This document shows positions 28,520-38,272 of a DNA stretch of 64,000 nucleotides, in pieces (within the stretch, counting starts at the first letter, position 1; each line of letters starts with the position of its first letter). The notes under the pieces were generated by a model that saw nothing but the letters and a program-made list of their open reading frames with translations, was not told where the DNA came from and searched no databases. Origin of the DNA: an uncultured bacterium (lineage in GTDB: Bacteria; Hinthialibacterota; Hinthialibacteria; Hinthialibacterales; Hinthialibacteraceae); assembly GCA_964517495.1 (NCBI GenBank), contig CAZFER010000016.1:31564-95563 (forward strand), written 5' to 3'. Position numbers and translations under genes: made by a program.

Positions 28520-28548
28520 TTGACAATCATACGGTACAACCGTACAAT
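28520..28548 (+). promoter_or_regulatory. higBA promoter with palindromic operator
   Basis: TTGACA-17bp-TACAAT; palindrome TACGGT-ACA-ACCGTA (28530-28544) overlapping the spacer and -10. Confidence 0.75.
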
Positions 28549-28556
28549 ATCGGCAA

Positions 28557-28841
28557 ATGAAAATTCAAAGTTTGCAACATAAAGGATTGAAGTTACTCCT
28601 TGAGTATAATGACGAACGGGGTATCCGTAGCGATTTAATCCCAAGGATACGAAATATTCTAACCGCTCTTATAGCGGCATCAGACATTAATGGTGTTAAA
28701 GGCCCCCCTGGTTGGCGGATTCACAAGTTATCCGGGGAGAGAAGTGAGACATGGAGTATTTCTATTTCTGGTAATTGGCGTCTAACTTTTATGATCGAAA
28801 ACAATGAAATTTATAACCTGAATTTGGAGGATTATCACTGA
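28557..28841 (+). CDS. higB: HigB-like toxin (RelE/ParE family)
   Basis: HKGLK...PPGWRIHKLSG...WSISISGNWRLTF...LEDYH. Confidence 0.92.
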   Translation: MKIQSLQHKGLKLLLEYNDERGIRSDLIPRIRNILTALIAASDINGVKGPPGWRIHKLSGERSETWSISISGNWRLTFMIENNEIYNLNLEDYH

Positions 28842-29146
28842 TGGTCAATACGGAGATTAAAATTGGCATGAAACCATCTCATCCAGGTGGTTTTATACGC
28901 ATGGAAATTCTTGAAGAATTGGACTTATCCATATCCCGAGCGGCCGAAATTTTAGGGATTCGGCGTGCCACGCTTTCAGATCTTATAAATGAGAAAGCGT
29001 CTCTATCCCCAGAAATGGCGCTCAGGATTGAGAAAGCATTTGGTGTCTCCATGGATACTTTATTACGCATGCAAGCGTGGCATGATTGTTATGTGATGCG
29101 TCAACACGAAGACGAAATTAAAGTGGATCGTTATATTCCTTCCTGA
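28841..29146 (+). CDS. higA: HigA antitoxin (HTH)
   Basis: PSHPGGFI...AAEILGIRRATLSDLINEKASLSPEMALRIEKAFG...LLRMQ. Confidence 0.93.
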   Translation: MVNTEIKIGMKPSHPGGFIRMEILEELDLSISRAAEILGIRRATLSDLINEKASLSPEMALRIEKAFGVSMDTLLRMQAWHDCYVMRQHEDEIKVDRYIPS

Positions 29147-29202
29147 TTGAGTGGAGTGCTTATTGTACCTTTAGAATAATTTAACCAAAAAATAATTGCC
29201 AC

Positions 29203-30108
29203 TCATTGATCGATGTCTTCCATTGATTTGCCGATGACGAGTTCGATTCCTCTTTTGGAGGCCAGCTCATAAATCTCTCCCATGGTTTTTAAAAAGGGCG
29301 TATTTCCTCGCCATAAGGGAAAATGCCCCAGGCGGCGGGGTAAGGCGGCTGGAAGATCAGGAATGTGAACCTCTCCCAGAAAATGTTCAGGGATTTCCTG
29401 GCCATCCCAGAATTTTGAGATGTCGATCTCAAGAGGTTGAGGTTTGTAAGATTCAACCGCAAACGATTCAACAGCCGGTGCTGAGGTTTCATGATCGGCA
29501 TGAGGCGTTATTCGGGATATTAATTCTTCACGCTCCATCCCGCGTAGTTTAAAGATGAGGAAGGGATCACGATCAAATTCCTCACCCAACAGATAAAAAA
29601 TAGCAGCGATGTGTTTGCATGGATTGGACCAATCGGGGCAATTGCAATCGCTTTCCAGGTCGATATCCAATGAAGGGAAGAGAGATACCAGATTTTCATG
29701 AAATACATACTCGATGTCATCTGGCATCTCACCCGCGAGTAATTTGGCGATGAATAAGGGGCGCTCGCCGATATCGTTTATGATCTGATTCCAATCTTTT
29801 TTCTCGATTTTACTGATTTTAAGGATGACAGAGTATGGGTTTCGGCGTGAACCTTGAACTTTGGCTTTGACACTTCCTTTTTCAATATCAATGGATAAAA
29901 CCTGGCCACGGCGTGCGTAATTTTTCCCCCGTGCCAATCGCTTGCCAATGCGGGAACTTTCCACCACTTCGATCCAGCGTTTGCCCCACCAGCTGGATGT
30001 GAAAGCCCCCTGGCGTGATTGGGCTTTGATACCCCCTTTGGCTTCAAGAGGGGTGGAATGAGGAAAATAGAAGTAATCTCGATCGTAATATCGTCGTCTT
30101 GGTGCCAT
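29203..30108 (-). CDS. SWIM zinc-finger protein
   Basis: RLARGKNYARRG, CNCPDWSNPCKHIAA, DPFLIFKLRG. Confidence 0.9.
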   Translation of the reverse strand: MAPRRRYYDRDYFYFPHSTPLEAKGGIKAQSRQGAFTSSWWGKRWIEVVESSRIGKRLARGKNYARRGQVLSIDIEKGSVKAKVQGSRRNPYSVILKISKIEKKDWNQIINDIGERPLFIAKLLAGEMPDDIEYVFHENLVSLFPSLDIDLESDCNCPDWSNPCKHIAAIFYLLGEEFDRDPFLIFKLRGMEREELISRITPHADHETSAPAVESFAVESYKPQPLEIDISKFWDGQEIPEHFLGEVHIPDLPAALPRRLGHFPLWRGNTPFLKTMGEIYELASKRGIELVIGKSMEDIDQ

Positions 30109-30138
30109 GTTTTTACCTTTTATTTCATAATTCTCATA

Positions 30139-33100
30139 TCACACAACTGCCCGGTTTCGGTCGAGGGCAAATAGATCTTTTAGTTCCTGAGTGGACAATT
30201 CAGTAAGCCAAGCTTCACCGGTTCCGACAATGCCTTCGGCGAGTTCCTTTTTTTGTTCGATCAATTGATCGATGCGTTCTTCCAAGGTACCTGTGCATAG
30301 AAATTTATGGACCTGAACATTTTTGGTTTGCCCGATACGAAAGACACGGTCGGTGGCTTGATTTTCAACAGCGGGGTTCCACCAGCGATCGAAGTGGAAA
30401 ACATGGTTGGCTCGGGTGAGGTTCAGGCCAGTGCCTCCCGCTTTAAGAGAAAGGACAAATATATTGGGGCCGTGATCTTCATTTTGAAAATAGTGGATCA
30501 TGGCATCCCGTTTTTTCTTGGGAACGCCACCGTGCAGGAAGAAAACCCGCCGCCCAAACTGTTCCTGTAAAAATTGCTGTAGCATGGAACCCATCACGGT
30601 ATATTGGGAAAAGATGAGTGCCCTTTCATTCATTTCAATGATTTCTTCGAGCATTTCCAACAATCGGCTGAGTTTTCCTGAGCGTCCAAGGATGGATGAA
30701 TTATCATTCAAAAAATGAGCGGGGTGATTGCACACCTGTTTCAATCTTGTGAGGGTGGACAACACGAGGCCTTTTCGTTGAATGCCTTCGGATTGGGCTA
30801 AATCTTTGGCGGCTTCGTCCACAACGGCGGAATAGAGCGACGCTTGTTCTTTGGTGAGGTTGCAAAAGACTTTCATTTCCATCTTATCGGGAAGATCGGA
30901 GATGATTGATTTTTCAGTTTTCAAACGCCGGAGGATAAATGGGCCGGTTAATCGTTTAAGCCGATTAATTGCGTCTTCATCATGCCATGCCTGGATGGGG
31001 ATGAAATAATTTTCCTTAAAGTTTTTAAGTGAACCCAGGAATCCTGGATTAAGAAAATCCAGGATAGACCAAAGATCGCCAATGTTGTTTTCCACCGGTG
31101 TGCCGGTTAAAGCTAAGCGGTAATCAGTTTGGAGCGTTCGCGCGGCTTTGGCTTGTTTGGTTTGGGGATTTTTTATATTTTGTGCTTCGTCCAGGATAAC
31201 AGCTCGCCAGGAGAGTTCTTTAAAAATCTCAATATCGCGATGCAACAAGGCAAAGCTGGTAATCACAAGCGCCTGTTGAAGGGCCTTTTTCTTGAATGTG
31301 TTTCCTTTTTTGCGTGTGCTGCCGTGATGAATCATGACGGGAAGTTCGGGGGTAAACCGTTCGGCCTCTTTTTGCCAATTACCAACGACTGACGTGGGGC
31401 AGACTAACAAAACCGGCTTTTTACCTTGTTCATGCCAATCGTGTTGAATGAGCGCAAGTGCCTGGATGGTTTTACCCAAGCCCATATCATCCGCCAGGCA
31501 GGCCCCCAATCCCCATTGGCTTAGGAAGGACATCCATGAGTATCCGCGGCGCTGGTATGGACGCAAGGTACCGTTAAATGATTCATAGGGTTGTTGTTCC
31601 TCAAACGTTTCTTTTCCTTCCAAGCGGTTAAGCAGTTCGCCAATCCAGCCATCGGCTTTTACGCCCGCAAAATCAAATCCATCCGGCGTATTAGCTCGCC
31701 CCAGTGCCATTTGGACGACTTCCTGAAGAGAGGCAGACGAAGAAGTTTTGGATTTCAGAAATTCAACGGCGGCTTTGATTTCTTCGGCGTTGATGTGCAT
31801 CCACTGTCCGCGAACTTTAACCAACGGCACTTTCATTTCCGCCAGTTCTTTCAACTCTTCCAATGTTAAATCCTGATCACCAATGGCAGTTTGCCATTTG
31901 AATGTGAGGATGCTCGAAAGTGAAAAACCGGCATCGCTTTGCATGGCAGGGCTTTTAAAATTGGCGCGCATGGAAAGGCGTTGATTGGTTCCCTTCCCTG
32001 TCCACCATGATGGAAGAATGACACTGAAGCCCATATCCTTTAGCATGAGGGCGCTTTCATTTAAAAAAGAGAATGCGCCATGTTCATTGGTCTCATACCC
32101 ATCAGGTTTTGGACCTTCCAAACTACGTTCGATTGACGAATTAATCCCGCTGGCTTGACCCAATGAAAATAAGAGATATTCCGACGGAGAAAAACCAGGA
32201 CGTTGCAAGTATTTGGCAGACCGGCTTTTTGGATTCCATACTTCTTTGGCCTCAATCAAGAGGCTTGGATCGGAGACATCTTCAAGGAGATATCGAACTT
32301 TCCAGTGGCTATTGGCTGATTTTCGTTTTTGAACCATAGAATCTTCTTCAGGTTCTTCCAACCGAAAGCATAAACGAAAGGGAGAATCACTGGTTAAAGC
32401 GATTGGTTTTTTCCATTCTCTTACACGCTTAACCAATTCAGCCAATTCATTTGGATCACCGGTGAGCTCAGGGTTGGGTGATCGCAAAGCATAAAGCCAC
32501 TGGTCGTGGAGGCTGTCGAATTTTAGTTGACGAGTTTTGGAGTTAAACAGGTATGTACTATTCCATTCCATTGAATATGTCCGCACTAAACCATCCACTG
32601 CCATATCTATCCACTGGGACAATATGACTTCGCTGGGAGTTTGTGGGTGAGATTCCGAGTCCTGCGAAAGTGCGCGGCAAACGGAGGGCATGGCTTGAGC
32701 CAGATCGATCAGTTGGCGGCGATCCTCATTAAGAACTACGGGTTTCCAGCGTGCAATGTACTTCCCATTTTCGAAAGACAGATCCGGTAAATAGTGCTGT
32801 CGTGTGGCTAAGCTTCCAGCGAGTTGCAATGCCGTGATCCAATACTGTAGATCCGAGCCGAGAATAACTCCGGGGATTAGGATTTGCTGGTTACGACATT
32901 GGCATAAGAATGGAATGGCATTTGGGGGATCAAGGGGAAACGCTTCAATTTGCCAGGGGAGTATTTTTGTTTTGTGACGAGTTGTGGGTGGATCGCTTAT
33001 TAATGGGCTTGAGGGAATGGGTTGATTTCCCTTGGTGGGAAGATGAACAAATAATGTTTTGTAATTCTTTTTAACCACTTTACCGGGATAAGAACTTGCT

Positions 33101-33267
33101 TTGAGTGTTTCTATTATTTGTTTGATCCCGGCATCAAAGGGGTATTTATTTACTGTCTTGGATTTTGTAATTGCCTTTTTGGTGGATTTGCTATCCTCTT
33201 GATCGGTGGATTGTTCACCCCAAAGCCATAGGATATTTTCAAACCATCCAGCATGTAACACAATCAT
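30139..33267 (-). CDS. SNF2-family helicase (DUF3670-type N-terminus)
   Basis: LRPYQ, LADDMGLGKT, LDEAQNIKN, LTGTPVEN, SLKAGGTGLNL, WWNPAVENQATDR; ATG at 33267 with a GGAG RBS. Confidence 0.93.
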   Translation of the reverse strand: MIVLHAGWFENILWLWGEQSTDQEDSKSTKKAITKSKTVNKYPFDAGIKQIIETLKASSYPGKVVKKNYKTLFVHLPTKGNQPIPSSPLISDPPTTRHKTKILPWQIEAFPLDPPNAIPFLCQCRNQQILIPGVILGSDLQYWITALQLAGSLATRQHYLPDLSFENGKYIARWKPVVLNEDRRQLIDLAQAMPSVCRALSQDSESHPQTPSEVILSQWIDMAVDGLVRTYSMEWNSTYLFNSKTRQLKFDSLHDQWLYALRSPNPELTGDPNELAELVKRVREWKKPIALTSDSPFRLCFRLEEPEEDSMVQKRKSANSHWKVRYLLEDVSDPSLLIEAKEVWNPKSRSAKYLQRPGFSPSEYLLFSLGQASGINSSIERSLEGPKPDGYETNEHGAFSFLNESALMLKDMGFSVILPSWWTGKGTNQRLSMRANFKSPAMQSDAGFSLSSILTFKWQTAIGDQDLTLEELKELAEMKVPLVKVRGQWMHINAEEIKAAVEFLKSKTSSSASLQEVVQMALGRANTPDGFDFAGVKADGWIGELLNRLEGKETFEEQQPYESFNGTLRPYQRRGYSWMSFLSQWGLGACLADDMGLGKTIQALALIQHDWHEQGKKPVLLVCPTSVVGNWQKEAERFTPELPVMIHHGSTRKKGNTFKKKALQQALVITSFALLHRDIEIFKELSWRAVILDEAQNIKNPQTKQAKAARTLQTDYRLALTGTPVENNIGDLWSILDFLNPGFLGSLKNFKENYFIPIQAWHDEDAINRLKRLTGPFILRRLKTEKSIISDLPDKMEMKVFCNLTKEQASLYSAVVDEAAKDLAQSEGIQRKGLVLSTLTRLKQVCNHPAHFLNDNSSILGRSGKLSRLLEMLEEIIEMNERALIFSQYTVMGSMLQQFLQEQFGRRVFFLHGGVPKKKRDAMIHYFQNEDHGPNIFVLSLKAGGTGLNLTRANHVFHFDRWWNPAVENQATDRVFRIGQTKNVQVHKFLCTGTLEERIDQLIEQKKELAEGIVGTGEAWLTELSTQELKDLFALDRNRAVV

Positions 33268-33541
33268 GCTTGTTACTCCGCTCAATCAATTGAAATAAAA
33301 TTCTTCCAAATTTCCTCTCTATTTCTATTAATTTATCATCAATTACCCTAAATCGAAATGCTTATAAATTACTATTAACTGGACTATGGAGAAACAACAC
33401 TCTGAGAATTCTTATCTTATTTCACTGTCCAATTTTTGGGGAGTAGCTCAGCTTTCTGGCAACCATCCTATTTTAAAATCAAAACTATAGTGTTATAAAT
33501 GAGATTCAAGTATTTACCATTATTCTCAGGAGACCTTAAAC

Positions 33542-35209
33542 ATGAAAAAATTTGGATACTTTTTAATGATATCTTTAATCGTTTTCACCTCAACAACACT
33601 TTTTGCCCAGGATAAAAATCCTCATGCGATTGCCACGTTTGAATGTTTGGGATTGTATTATACGTCAGACGATCGTGGGAAATGCGGAGTGCGGTTTCGA
33701 GAGAAAGAGACCGAGGAGTGGCAGGAGGGATTGGACCTGGTCTATGATAAGCGTGATGAACAATACCGGGGGAGTTTAGTTGGCCTAAAATCAGACACCG
33801 TTTATGAAATACAACTCACATGTGGTGACAAAACCATTCCGCTTACCGCCCGGACTAAAAGTGAGGAATTTCCAATCGGTAAAACCACTTATCTGGAAGA
33901 AGGTGAAAGCAGTGAACCACTGATGATTGCAGAATCCGGCACGCCTGATGGCTATCATCTTATCGTCCCTCCGGAAAACGCTCGTTCCACCATCGATGTT
34001 CGCAATTCGGAGGATTACACAGCCGTGGTTGATGCGGATTATGTCATCATTCGTGGTGTTGAGTTCAAGAATGCGGCGCGGCATGGGATTTTTATCCAAC
34101 GCAACCGGCATGACATTGTTATCGATAACTGCCGAATCACCTTTTGGGGACGTATTGGCGGACCAAATTCATTTGGAAACGAGGGGAACATGGATAGCGC
34201 CATCTATGCCCATCGTGGATCGGGGAACCTGACCATCCAATACAATGTTATCGAGGATCCCCGCGGTGGTTCAAACGATTGGGACACCGGGCATCCCAGC
34301 GGCCCCCAGGCGATATCGATGAATAATTCCAGCGGTGGCAATATCATCCGTTATAACGAAATTCGCGCCAGTGAAGCGCATGGCTTTAACGATGCCATCG
34401 GTGGCAGCTCGAATTTTAGTTTTGAGGGCAGTCCCAACCGTGATTCGGATATCTACAGCAATATTATCACCCATGTATGGGATGATGCCATTGAAAGTGA
34501 AGGCGCAAACATGAACGTGCGCATATGGGGGAACTATATCAATAAAACCTTTCAACATATCGCGGTGGCGTGCACCTCAAAAGGCCCGCTTTATATCTTT
34601 CGCAATGTCTTTGGCGAAAGCCGACGCACGCATAAAGATCCACGAGGCGGAAGTATGATCAAAGTCGGTCAGCGTGATGAATTTGGTGGAGGACGCCGAT
34701 ATGTCTTTCACAATACTGGCTTGCAACCAAAGGGAGCGTTTCATGCCTTCAGCGGACATGTTAATCCTAACACTGTAACTCGCAACAATATTTTCGACTG
34801 CCCGGGACGATTGACCTCATCCCGTTCAGTTGATATCCCCAGTGATTTTGATTACGACCTTTTCACTGGCATGGAACGGGGAATCGCTCGAGAAAGACAC
34901 GGTGTACAGGGAAATCCGGCGTATATCGAGTCATACAATCTGGAGTTTTACCCCGCGGCCACGACAACAAAGATTGAGTGGGGCAAAGTATCAGTGCAGT
35001 TGGGGGATAGTAAAAAAACTTTGACTGATCCCGTGGTTACCATTCCCAATCCGGTGATTGATGCGGGAATCCCTCTTCCCAATTTCAACGAGGGATATCA
35101 TGGCGATGCTCCTGACTTGGGGGCGTTTGAATTGGGGAATCCACCGATGGTTAAATTTGGACGGCGGCCAAATGGTGTGGAATGGGCACCGTGGGAAATG
35201 TATAATTGA
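33542..35209 (+). CDS. Secreted right-handed parallel beta-helix protein (pectin lyase-like)
   Basis: Signal peptide; repeated IxxNxI beta-helix turns; DDAIESEG; C-terminal APDLGAFE. Confidence 0.75.
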   Translation: MKKFGYFLMISLIVFTSTTLFAQDKNPHAIATFECLGLYYTSDDRGKCGVRFREKETEEWQEGLDLVYDKRDEQYRGSLVGLKSDTVYEIQLTCGDKTIPLTARTKSEEFPIGKTTYLEEGESSEPLMIAESGTPDGYHLIVPPENARSTIDVRNSEDYTAVVDADYVIIRGVEFKNAARHGIFIQRNRHDIVIDNCRITFWGRIGGPNSFGNEGNMDSAIYAHRGSGNLTIQYNVIEDPRGGSNDWDTGHPSGPQAISMNNSSGGNIIRYNEIRASEAHGFNDAIGGSSNFSFEGSPNRDSDIYSNIITHVWDDAIESEGANMNVRIWGNYINKTFQHIAVACTSKGPLYIFRNVFGESRRTHKDPRGGSMIKVGQRDEFGGGRRYVFHNTGLQPKGAFHAFSGHVNPNTVTRNNIFDCPGRLTSSRSVDIPSDFDYDLFTGMERGIARERHGVQGNPAYIESYNLEFYPAATTTKIEWGKVSVQLGDSKKTLTDPVVTIPNPVIDAGIPLPNFNEGYHGDAPDLGAFELGNPPMVKFGRRPNGVEWAPWEMYN

Positions 35210-35251
35210 ACTTTCATAAATACACCAGGAAAAAAGAGGATCAATTTAACT

Positions 35252-36190
35252 ATGAAACGGGTTGCTTACACACGAATAATGGTCTTATTTATTCTTTTTA
35301 CACTAGTCATGAATTCATTTTCAGAGGACACTTACACCAACCCCATCATCAATGAGATCGGGCCAGCGGATCCATGTGTCATATTCTATGAGGGAACCTA
35401 TTATCTCTATCCAACTGGCGATAACGTGAGTTATCACGTTTACACATCAACCGACCTCGTTCATTGGAAGAAAGGCAAGCGGGTATTTGAGCCGGGTGAG
35501 CGAAACGTATGGGCGCCGGATGTGTTTCATAACCCAACGGATGGCAAATTTTATCTTTACTATACCGTCAACCAGCGTATAGGTGTGGCGGTCGCTGATG
35601 CGCCGGATGCGAAGTTCAAAGATATTAAAACCTTATACAAAAGAGCAATCGACGCACACATGTTTCGTGATGACGATGGGAAATACTATTTGTATTATGT
35701 TCAATTTCCAGGATTTCGTATTCATGTGCAACCCATGAAGTCCCCTATGGAAAAGGAGGGAAAACCCATCGAAATTCTTAAACCCACAGAACCATGGGAG
35801 AAAATCAGTGGTGACGTGACCGAAGGTCCCTGGATGCTAAAACATAAAGGAACGTATTATCTTTTATATTCCGGTACTGGCGCCAACTCCCTGAATTACG
35901 CCATTGGCTATGCCACTGCGAAAAAGCCCACTGGGCCGTTTACCAAATACGAGGGCAACCCCATTGTTTCCCGCAATGAACAAGCCTTTGGCCCAGGGCA
36001 TGGTTGTGTCATCAAAGATGGCGCCGATCAATTATGGTCCGTCTACCACCAGCAAAAAGACGATACCCAGGAATGGAACCGGTTTGTGTGTATCGATCCC
36101 CTTTGGTTTGATGAGAACGGGGTGTTGCATGGCAAGGCTACAAGAGGAACTCCCCACCCCGTACCGGTTCCCCCAAAAGGGAATGATTAA
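35252..36190 (+). CDS. Glycoside hydrolase family 43
   Basis: ADPCV, WAPDV, IDAHMF, TEGPW, GPGHG. Confidence 0.9.
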   Translation: MKRVAYTRIMVLFILFTLVMNSFSEDTYTNPIINEIGPADPCVIFYEGTYYLYPTGDNVSYHVYTSTDLVHWKKGKRVFEPGERNVWAPDVFHNPTDGKFYLYYTVNQRIGVAVADAPDAKFKDIKTLYKRAIDAHMFRDDDGKYYLYYVQFPGFRIHVQPMKSPMEKEGKPIEILKPTEPWEKISGDVTEGPWMLKHKGTYYLLYSGTGANSLNYAIGYATAKKPTGPFTKYEGNPIVSRNEQAFGPGHGCVIKDGADQLWSVYHQQKDDTQEWNRFVCIDPLWFDENGVLHGKATRGTPHPVPVPPKGND

Positions 36191-36810
36191 ATATCATCCA
36201 CGGGGCCTTCCTGACCTTCAAATCCCTGGCCAAGAATTCCGCTGTCAGTAACCATGATATCACCCACGCTATTGATGCCATTGGAGGCATCATAAGCCAT
36301 CCATTTCATCAAACGCTGTGGAGAATGAATATACCATCGGTCAGGGCCAGGGCTTCGTGCAACATAAGCGGCATTCGGGTGGGAATTACTTCCCCCGCTT
36401 TGAAGGTTATTTTCACGCATCACGTCGATATTGCGGTAATGGTAAACGCCATCCATGACCGCCTCCCACGCAGCATTGCCTGACGGAGGCTCAGTGGGGA
36501 CAAACACATCCGTAAAAGCACCGCTGGATGTATAGGGTGTTGGCGTGGTTAAAGGCGACCATACACGGTACCCTCGCTGATAAATACCCGCCTGGTTCCA
36601 CTCCCAGGGATCCATGATATTGCGGTTATGGTCAACCGCGTACATCCCCATTGACGTTCGAATCCCGCGCAAATCAGCTAATGAACGGGCCACTTTCGCT
36701 CGAATCTGCGCATTGATAAAATTAGGGACTGCGATGGCCGCCAATATTCCAATGATGGCAACCACAATAAGTAATTCAATTAGGGTAAATCCTTTTTTAT
36801 CCCATTTCAT
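36187..36810 (-). CDS. Prepilin-type N-terminal cleavage/methylation protein
   Basis: KKG|FTLIELLIVVAIIGILAAIAVPNF; GGGGAGG RBS before ATG 36810. Confidence 0.9.
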   Translation of the reverse strand: MKWDKKGFTLIELLIVVAIIGILAAIAVPNFINAQIRAKVARSLADLRGIRTSMGMYAVDHNRNIMDPWEWNQAGIYQRGYRVWSPLTTPTPYTSSGAFTDVFVPTEPPSGNAAWEAVMDGVYHYRNIDVMRENNLQSGGSNSHPNAAYVARSPGPDRWYIHSPQRLMKWMAYDASNGINSVGDIMVTDSGILGQGFEGQEGPVDDI

Positions 36811-37013
36811 GAACAACAAAACCTCCCCATGTATACAATCACTTAGTCGATTCATTTCACAAAATAAAAATTGAACTGTCAAGCGGGGGGATCAATTAAT
36901 TACACTGCGGTCATTTCATACCATTCATCGTAAATGGCTTTATTTCTGTATTGAAAGTGTGCTAAGATTGAATAAAATCTTTATTTACTCATAAATCGAT
37001 GGGGAGATGACTC

Positions 37014-38270
37014 ATGAACCTGTCACGCCGATCTTTTATAAAATCCACTTCATTTGCCAGTGGATTAAGCCTTTTCGCAATCAATCAAAAGAGTTCAGCA
37101 CAAAACCACGTCAGTGATAAAGATTTGCTCAACGCATCACAAGCCCCCGTGCTCAAATCAGAACTTTTTTCATCGCCTGTGACGATAGAGTCTGTGGATT
37201 TGTTGCGTAAAAACGGCCAATACATCGTTCGTGTACGCAGCAAGGATGGCGCTGAAGGATATGCTGTATCAAACAATGACCGAATCAAGTTCCTTTATCC
37301 AATCTTTGTTCAACGAGTGGCTCCCTATTTTATTAACAAAGACGCACGTCAATTGGACGAATTGATCGATGGTGTGTTTATCTATAAAAGCAATTACAAA
37401 TTACAGGGCCTGGCCTTCTGGGTATGTGTCGCTTCAGCGGAAATTGCCATCCTCGACTTATTAGGCCAATTAGCCAGCCAACCATTAGGTAATCTCTTTG
37501 GAGAGGTGAGAAGAGCAGACATCGAAGTCTATCGCGCCAGTGGAAATCGTGGCAATACTCCTGAAGAAGAAGTCAACGTATTACAACGACTGGTAAAACA
37601 GACAGGAGCCAATGCCATCAAGTTTAAAGTTGGTGGGCGGATGAGCAACGACGCCGATTCTCTTCCAGGGCGACCACACAAGTTGATCCCCCTCGCCCGC
37701 AAAACTTTGGGGGATGAAATGAATATATTTGTGGATTCCAATGGTTCGTATGGAGTGGAAAAATCCATTGAAATTGGCCGGATTTGCGAAGCGAACAACA
37801 TTGGATTTTTTGAAGAACCCTGTCCATTTGACCATCTATGGGAAACCAAACAAATCGCGGATGCACTCGATGTCCCTATTGCCGGTGGTGAACAGGAAAG
37901 CAGCCTGCGGCGTTTTCGCTGGATGATTAAAGAAAATGCCGTGCAAATCGTCCAGCCGGATTTGTTTTATTTTGGCGGCTATGTTCGCACTCTTCGAGTC
38001 GCACGTATGGCCCAGGCAGCAGGAATGAAATGCATCCCCCATATGGGAGGCAGCACCTTGGGCTATTTATATGTCCTGCATTTTGCCTCCTTTGTCCCCA
38101 ATGCTGGACGGTTTATGGAATACAAAGGCAAAAACGACAAAGTTCCTTATGAATGCAAAACATCCTCGCTCGATTGCATCAATGGGAAAATACGGATCCC
38201 ATCCGGTTCGGGAATCGGCATTGAGATAGATCCGGATTTCATCAATAGCATGGAAAACGTTGCAGGGTAA
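37014..38270 (+). CDS. Mandelate racemase/muconate lactonizing (enolase superfamily) enzyme, Tat-exported
   Basis: SRRSFIK; KFK; VDSNG, FEEP, GGEQ; QPD; PH. Confidence 0.88.
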   Translation: MNLSRRSFIKSTSFASGLSLFAINQKSSAQNHVSDKDLLNASQAPVLKSELFSSPVTIESVDLLRKNGQYIVRVRSKDGAEGYAVSNNDRIKFLYPIFVQRVAPYFINKDARQLDELIDGVFIYKSNYKLQGLAFWVCVASAEIAILDLLGQLASQPLGNLFGEVRRADIEVYRASGNRGNTPEEEVNVLQRLVKQTGANAIKFKVGGRMSNDADSLPGRPHKLIPLARKTLGDEMNIFVDSNGSYGVEKSIEIGRICEANNIGFFEEPCPFDHLWETKQIADALDVPIAGGEQESSLRRFRWMIKENAVQIVQPDLFYFGGYVRTLRVARMAQAAGMKCIPHMGGSTLGYLYVLHFASFVPNAGRFMEYKGKNDKVPYECKTSSLDCINGKIRIPSGSGIGIEIDPDFINSMENVAG

Positions 38271-38272
38271 GT

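Noticed and set aside
30139-33267. SNF2 helicase as part of DISARM, BREX or Zorya
   Set aside because: None of the partner genes are present; the only partner is the SWIM protein
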